Virus record (IMG/VR): IMGVR_UViG_3300033407_000002
Coordinates: 1 to 64,000 of that record
Origin: a virus
Direction: 5' to 3' (one strand)
DNA length: 64,000 nt
Shown here one piece after another: positions 58,562 to 64,000 of the stretch (positions within the stretch are counted from its first letter, which is position 1; each line of letters starts with the position of its first letter). Below the pieces are notes generated by a model, which had not been told where the DNA came from, did not search any database, and saw only the letters and a program-made list of their open reading frames with translations. The position numbers and the translations under genes are program-made.

Positions 58562-60306
58562 CGCTTGTCCTTGCTCTCGTCCTGCTTGGCCAGTTGCCGC
58601 GTCAATTTCTCCATCGTCGCCAATCTAGCCACCGCCCTACGCCGCTCCTCATAACTCTGGAGATTGATCAGTCCTTCGATCTCGCGGTAGATCGACGTGC
58701 CGCAAAAACCCTCGGAGTCAATCTCGTAAACCACCTGCGCTATTCGTCCGTCGGGTGATGCCGGCACAATCCACGGATACGTCCCGCTGGCCGGTACCTT
58801 CGGCTCATACTCCCGCAGCGCATGGGCGAGGTATAGGTCTAGCTCCTTGTTGACCTCCGGCAGATTGTCCTTTCTCCCGACCGCCTTGTTGTTCCACTCC
58901 GGGACCACGTCCTCGCGCGACTCCCATGCCACGATTGACTTATCGAATCCCCCCGGAACTATCGCACGCTTGTGATGCCGATAAGCGGCGCGCGTCTTGA
59001 GACTGCGGAAATTACAAGCGACCCTCAACCGGATATCGGGCCAGAACGTAATCCTCGGCATGACAATGAACTGCCACCGCTCGGCCGCTCTAGGATGCAG
59101 CCGGTAAACGGGATCCCCGAACATCACGATCCCCCGATCGTTGTCAATCTGGAATCCCTTGGAGTAGATCAACTTGCTGACCGTTGACGTTACGCTGCCG
59201 TCGTCGTTGATCAGCGGCTTACCCGGCTTATCCAGGTCATCGCTAAAACGCGGTACGTTGTTTTTTCCGCCGTCCTCGGAGTAAAACACGCCGAACACCT
59301 GCGGCGGCTTGCGGGTGACTAACTCCGCGTCAAGCGCCCCAGCGCCACCCGCTACCTGCTGCTCGAGGGTTAGTTTCAGGAAGTCAAGTTGGTGATCCAG
59401 TAGCGGCAGCAATTGCCGAATGGAGGTTACGTCCTCATTGGTTCCCGGCATTTTTTCCATGCCGGTCGGCAGCCGCAAGGCAAACCACTTCCAAACCGTT
59501 TCCGCCGCCAATCTTCGGCCGTATCGCGGCAGACCATGGAAGCTCTCTGGCAGGATGTATCCCCATCCACCCTTGGGCGCGTAACTGAGCTTGTCGATCG
59601 GTTTGATTTTATTGTCGACGTCCAGTCCCACCGGCTCAAGCCGCAAATCCAACTGCCACTGCTGCGGACCGGTCGCGATGGCCACGTAGTACGGCTTGGG
59701 TCCGAAGTCCTGAGCGGTGCTAACGGAACTACTGGGTATGTTCGGCAGATCCTGACCATGGCCGTCGGGGTAGATCACGAACGAGTCGTTGTCGGCGCGT
59801 GGTGCCACATGGGATTCCACCTCTTGGCAAAGCTGGTCCAGTGCGCTATCGACGCGAGTCTCAAACTCCCAGTTTACATAAGGGAATGTACCGTTTGGCA
59901 TGTTGGAAACGTCGTACCTAGTCTCGCCGACTGCCTCGAAACACAGCTCCGCTAATTGCCGTGGAGTCTTGCGCGTCGACTCGATGATCTTGCCGCCTCT
60001 CCGCACGTTATAGGTGCCAGAAACGAAGCCGAACTTCCACTTCCATCGCCGGTCGAATATCGAAACCGTCAGAGTCTGATAACCGCTCCCATCGATTTGA
60101 GGCGACACGTCGGCCATGCGGCACTGGCTGAAAGAGACCTTGCGAACTCCATCCCCGAATGTCATTAAGTGCGGCAGTCGATCGATCTGAGTTCCCGGCA
60201 GAATGGATATCGTACAGACCGACGGCGATACTCCGCGAGACAGCGGAAAGCTCGCCGACTCCACCGCCTTGATATTGCCGAACTGAAAGTAAGGAGTAAG
60301 AGCCAA
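58558..60306 (-). CDS. tail/baseplate structural protein (hypothetical)
   Basis: 582-aa track ORF with 4-nt overlap coupling. Confidence 0.6.
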   Translation of the reverse strand: MALTPYFQFGNIKAVESASFPLSRGVSPSVCTISILPGTQIDRLPHLMTFGDGVRKVSFSQCRMADVSPQIDGSGYQTLTVSIFDRRWKWKFGFVSGTYNVRRGGKIIESTRKTPRQLAELCFEAVGETRYDVSNMPNGTFPYVNWEFETRVDSALDQLCQEVESHVAPRADNDSFVIYPDGHGQDLPNIPSSSVSTAQDFGPKPYYVAIATGPQQWQLDLRLEPVGLDVDNKIKPIDKLSYAPKGGWGYILPESFHGLPRYGRRLAAETVWKWFALRLPTGMEKMPGTNEDVTSIRQLLPLLDHQLDFLKLTLEQQVAGGAGALDAELVTRKPPQVFGVFYSEDGGKNNVPRFSDDLDKPGKPLINDDGSVTSTVSKLIYSKGFQIDNDRGIVMFGDPVYRLHPRAAERWQFIVMPRITFWPDIRLRVACNFRSLKTRAAYRHHKRAIVPGGFDKSIVAWESREDVVPEWNNKAVGRKDNLPEVNKELDLYLAHALREYEPKVPASGTYPWIVPASPDGRIAQVVYEIDSEGFCGTSIYREIEGLINLQSYEERRRAVARLATMEKLTRQLAKQDESKDKR

Positions 60307-60309
60307 CCG

Positions 60310-63189
60310 CTATCCTCCCACGACGCCGCCGCCACCATTGACGAAGCTAGTCGAGTTGTAACTGACCGCCACCGATTGCTCCCGCTTAAAGACGCCCTGC
60401 GAGCCGAAGTCAGCATCCATGAATCCGGGATACGAGTGCCACCGGAGATCGGCAATCGTGATCAGCGGATCTCGGATAACCGCGTCCTCGCTCTGCAGCA
60501 CGATCGGAGCCGGCGCAAACCGGATTAGTCCCAACTCGCTGAAGTCCAGCTCGCCGCCCACACCTATTCGCATGGCATCTGCCAGTCCCCACTTCGCTCC
60601 GTCACTACTGCTGGTCGGCACGTCGCCGCCGCCGCCGAAAAAGTCGTCGAAGAACGCCTCGTCAATCGTACCTTCCGCAATGTACGTTGCATCGCTCCCC
60701 ACCAGCGCGAACGTATCGGCGGTGAGTACCTCGATAATGAAATACTTGTCCGCGAACCCGAATATGCCGCGCACGAATACCAGGTCGCCGCTGGCCAGTC
60801 CATGCGCTACGCTCGTGATGATCAGCCGATCGTTAATGTCCGCCGACAATGTCGTGATTTCTCCTTGCAGTCCCAAGTTCCCGGCCGCCATGTATCGCAA
60901 GATAGCATTGCGCACCGAGAGCTGATTGATATTCCCCACGCCGCGAATCGAGACCGCTCCACCGCTCACGAACATCGCGACCGGCACCGAGCCGCACCGA
61001 AGCGTTCCACCGTTGGATTCGACATACGCGACCGTTGCCGACTCGCCCCACTCAAGTACCGCATTGCTATCGGTCCCCGGAGAAAACCGCAGTTCATCGA
61101 TCGTCGTTACCAGTCCGGTCCGTCCCGAGAACAGCACGCTCGCTGAATTGACCTGCACGCTCGCAAGGTCCCCAGCAAGTCCAATCGTGTAGAGCGTCTG
61201 CGTTCCGGCGGTTGACGAGTAGACTACCGACACATCCGCCTCCTGAGCCTGGGTATTGATGCGCACGACCGTCGGTCCGTCGCCGTCGTCCCCCAGTCCG
61301 ATGCGGATCGCGATCTTGGTCCCCAGATCCGACAGCGACAATTCCTGCGGCAGCGTTTCAGTTGACCCGTCCTCGCGCGTTTCAGGTAGTCCTATCATGC
61401 CTCCGGAGTATCCCCGGTAAACATCTAGTCCAGCGATGGCCGGCACGTTGGCGATTCCATATAGGCACGGGACCGATCCAGATTCAAAGACCGCAGTATC
61501 GGTACTGGCCGGTACGTTCCCCAGCGACCAGTTGGCCGCGTTGGTCCACCAGTTCGGACCGGTCGGCGACGTGATTTCCACCTCGGTCGCCGTGACCGAA
61601 TCGGTGATCGTCAGGCTCGCACCGCTGCCGGTTATCAGGCTCACCGCCTGCGCCGCAAGAGTTCCTTGGAAACTGACCAGCCACGGTCCGCCGTCGTTGC
61701 CATCGACCGCCGCATTGCCCGCTCCGATGCTCGCCAGTGCCTCCAGTGCCGTTTGAATCGTGGCCGCTGAAGCGTTGTAGGCTAGTCCCGCCGTTGTATT
61801 GGCCCCGTAGGTCAGCGTGAACGTGCCGCCGTCCGGATCGCTATGCAGCGCTACCTGCTGGAGTCCGTTGCGTGCCGCGCGGGAGCTTTGAACCGTACGG
61901 ACCTCGATCGCATCGCAGCCGACCAGGGTATGAGTCAGCGTTACAATGCCGGTATCGTACGGCTCATCGGAAGTCAGTTCGATCACGAGCGGCTGATTGG
62001 TTGCCTTGGTCAGCAGCGTAGCCGTCCACGGAATGGCCGCGGTGGTCAATTCCGTGTTGATGTCCCCGATCACGACGGTTGCGATTGGCATGGCGGCGGT
62101 CGATACCCCGTCGTAATTGAGCGTGATATTGCCCGAAGCGAATCGCGGCAGATTATGCACCGTGATTCGGAGCACCGTCTGGACCGGCTCGGTCGCTCCC
62201 GCTGTTTCGGTCAGTGTCGGCGTTGTCTCACCGGCCACCGTTTCGACCGTGAGGGTTTCGACGTCGGTTCCAATCAGGGTCGAGGTCATGGCGATCGACA
62301 GCGATCCATCGGATGCCGCCTGCACGTCCACGTTACCGCTCAGAGCGGGTATCGATTCCAGCGCCGCCTGTACCTGCGCCGCCGATGCCGCGCCGGTAAA
62401 GTAGTGACTTTCCACGCCGCCGAACAGGAACCGCATGAGGTGCTCGGAGTCATCGTCCAGCGCGGTCATGGCGTAAGTTGTGCGAGTGATACCGCCGCGC
62501 ACTGTGACTTCATAAGCCGCCGTAGCCGTGCCGGTACTATCGGTGGAAAACGCAACGAGCAGATCCGCGTCCGTTCCCGCAAGAGATCCCTGGAACTCTA
62601 CGGTGTAGCCGGCCGTGTGACTGCCGCTGACCGCCACGTTACCCGCTCCGATACTCGTCAGTGCCTCCAGCGCGGTCTGGACGGTCGCGGCGGCGGCGTT
62701 GTACGCAACACTCGTGGAGTCATCCTGATACCGCAGCGATAGCGTTCCGGCGGTCGGAGTTCTAGGCCACTTGATAATCTGCTGCTCGTTCTGCGCGGTG
62801 CGACCGGCTTGCAGTTCGATAACTTTGACGCTCGAGGAACTCGCTTCGCTTGCCGATAGCTCCACGTCGATCGGAGCACCCGTACTAACCCCGCGCGCGA
62901 CCAGTGACCATATACCGCTGACCAGTTCGGCGGCCAGGGATTCAATCGTTTGGCTCGAGCCGCCGCCCAGTCCGCCACCGGCGTACGCATCGGAGAGTCC
63001 CTCGCAGACCGTCTCGGCGCGCTCTTGATCGGTCAATCCCACGGGGTCGATCGATGCCGAATAGGTATAGGTGAAATTCTGGCCGCCGACTCTCAGGACC
63101 CATACCGAGCCGGGGGAGATATTCGACGGCTGAAAGGCTTTCACCGCTACGCGCGGCGGCGCGATACCCAGCCATTTGTTCGATGCCAT
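60310..63189 (-). CDS. large tail structural protein with internal ~90-aa repeats
   Basis: 959 aa. Repeats include YNAAAATVQTALEALTSIGAGNVAVSGSHTAGYTVEFQGSLAGTDADLLV, YNASAATIQTALEALASIGAGNAAVDGNDGGPWLVSFQGTLAAQAVSLIT and AASAAQVQAALESIPALSGNVDVQAASDGSLSIAMTSTLIGTDVETLTV. Confidence 0.65.
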   Translation of the reverse strand: MASNKWLGIAPPRVAVKAFQPSNISPGSVWVLRVGGQNFTYTYSASIDPVGLTDQERAETVCEGLSDAYAGGGLGGGSSQTIESLAAELVSGIWSLVARGVSTGAPIDVELSASEASSSSVKVIELQAGRTAQNEQQIIKWPRTPTAGTLSLRYQDDSTSVAYNAAAATVQTALEALTSIGAGNVAVSGSHTAGYTVEFQGSLAGTDADLLVAFSTDSTGTATAAYEVTVRGGITRTTYAMTALDDDSEHLMRFLFGGVESHYFTGAASAAQVQAALESIPALSGNVDVQAASDGSLSIAMTSTLIGTDVETLTVETVAGETTPTLTETAGATEPVQTVLRITVHNLPRFASGNITLNYDGVSTAAMPIATVVIGDINTELTTAAIPWTATLLTKATNQPLVIELTSDEPYDTGIVTLTHTLVGCDAIEVRTVQSSRAARNGLQQVALHSDPDGGTFTLTYGANTTAGLAYNASAATIQTALEALASIGAGNAAVDGNDGGPWLVSFQGTLAAQAVSLITGSGASLTITDSVTATEVEITSPTGPNWWTNAANWSLGNVPASTDTAVFESGSVPCLYGIANVPAIAGLDVYRGYSGGMIGLPETREDGSTETLPQELSLSDLGTKIAIRIGLGDDGDGPTVVRINTQAQEADVSVVYSSTAGTQTLYTIGLAGDLASVQVNSASVLFSGRTGLVTTIDELRFSPGTDSNAVLEWGESATVAYVESNGGTLRCGSVPVAMFVSGGAVSIRGVGNINQLSVRNAILRYMAAGNLGLQGEITTLSADINDRLIITSVAHGLASGDLVFVRGIFGFADKYFIIEVLTADTFALVGSDATYIAEGTIDEAFFDDFFGGGGDVPTSSSDGAKWGLADAMRIGVGGELDFSELGLIRFAPAPIVLQSEDAVIRDPLITIADLRWHSYPGFMDADFGSQGVFKREQSVAVSYNSTSFVNGGGGVVGG

Positions 63190-63198
63190 TGCGCGGTC

Positions 63199-63939
63199 CT
63201 AACCGATTAAATAGTGCGGCTCGCCGATGAGCCGGATTGGGAATTGGTAGTTGTACGTCCAGCTCAGCGGCCGGTTGATGTAAGCGGTATTGCCGCCGGA
63301 GAGCGTTTCGGGTCCAGATCCATCGATATCAGGTAACTGGTCGACCAGTGCATGCGGCCAGATTGGTGGCGGCGGTATGGGGTTACCGACGTAGAGGATC
63401 GAGCTACCCGACTGCGTTGCGAAGCAAGTCGTGTGGGTGCGGAGTTGTTGGCGGACTCCCGGACCGCGATTGACTTCTCGGCAGCCCCATCGCATGCCAC
63501 CGCCGCGGATGGAGAGGTTTTCGGTGAAGTCGATATAGATCGATTGTCCGGCTAGGATTGGCCGAATCCCCTTGACCGCCACGGTATAGGTCCGGTACGA
63601 GACGTATTCACCGGATCCGCCGTCGGGGAATTCCGGGAGCTGCGCTATTCTTGTGCCGCCAAGGCAGTCGCGGCTCAGTAGCGCGTGATGGCTGAGGCTT
63701 CCGGAGGTATGTTCCAGGACGAGGTCTTGTCCGTGGCGGGAGTAGGCTTCCTCGAAAGCGGCGATGATTGGTGCCATGCCGGTCGCGGATCCGGTACGAT
63801 TATGCAAGCGGCCTCGGATACTCCAGGTTTCATCGAAGGAGAGGATTTGGCCGAGCTTGTTTACGTCCCTGGGAGTCCGGCGGATTTGCAGGTTTCCTTC
63901 GGCGATGCGGTGTCGGTAGTTTCCGTATCGGACTCGCAC
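63199..63939 (-). CDS. tail/baseplate structural protein (hypothetical)
   Basis: 246 aa, GTG start; same block. Confidence 0.55.
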   Translation of the reverse strand: MRVRYGNYRHRIAEGNLQIRRTPRDVNKLGQILSFDETWSIRGRLHNRTGSATGMAPIIAAFEEAYSRHGQDLVLEHTSGSLSHHALLSRDCLGGTRIAQLPEFPDGGSGEYVSYRTYTVAVKGIRPILAGQSIYIDFTENLSIRGGGMRWGCREVNRGPGVRQQLRTHTTCFATQSGSSILYVGNPIPPPPIWPHALVDQLPDIDGSGPETLSGGNTAYINRPLSWTYNYQFPIRLIGEPHYLIG

Positions 63940-64000
63940 TCGGGTTTTCCTGGAAACTGCTGGCCATATGGACTTGGATCGCTAGGATTATCAGAGAGGG

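Overview
The window is one continuous tailed-phage (Caudoviricetes) genome segment with about 100 genes, nearly all on the minus strand. ATGA/GTGA/TGATG start-stop overlaps are pervasive.

Reading the minus strand from 64000 downwards:
- Tail, baseplate and fibre-like genes (63939-56262), then small accessory genes.
- An excisionase and a plus-strand tyrosine integrase beside a tRNA-Pro(CGG) 3' fragment. This looks like attP, so the phage appears to be in its unintegrated form.
- An AT-rich divergent switch region, then two ECF-like sigma factors.
- A replication module: DUF3102 protein, DnaC-like loader, DnaB and a primase-C-like protein.
- A ParB-methyltransferase and a YqaJ exonuclease/RecT/resolvase recombination module.
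- An island of about 15 secreted or membrane proteins behind a subtilisin-like protease.
- A methyltransferase / SNF2-helicase / methyltransferase block. The helicase P-loop is split by an Ala1 'WCT' class-3-type intein that carries a LAGLIDADG endonuclease.
- Terminase, then a 1230-aa portal fused to a HAD phosphatase, a 2H phosphoesterase and an ADP-ribosyltransferase.
- A non-coding locus of about 550 nt with tRNA-like modules, a third ECF-like sigma factor, and many small hypothetical genes.

The most interesting signals are:
1. The enzyme-loaded portal fusion.
2. A phage transcription kit: three paralogous ECF-like sigma factors, at least 14 copies of a fixed-spacing GCGACA-N18-GTC promoter-like motif, covarying leader hairpins with a conserved CUUACCA loop, and two RNAP alpha-CTD-like proteins.
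3. The tRNA-like ncRNA array.
4. The exported-protein island.

No rRNA gene, CRISPR array or complete tRNA gene was seen. All calls come from reading the sequence and motif recognition only; no searches were run.
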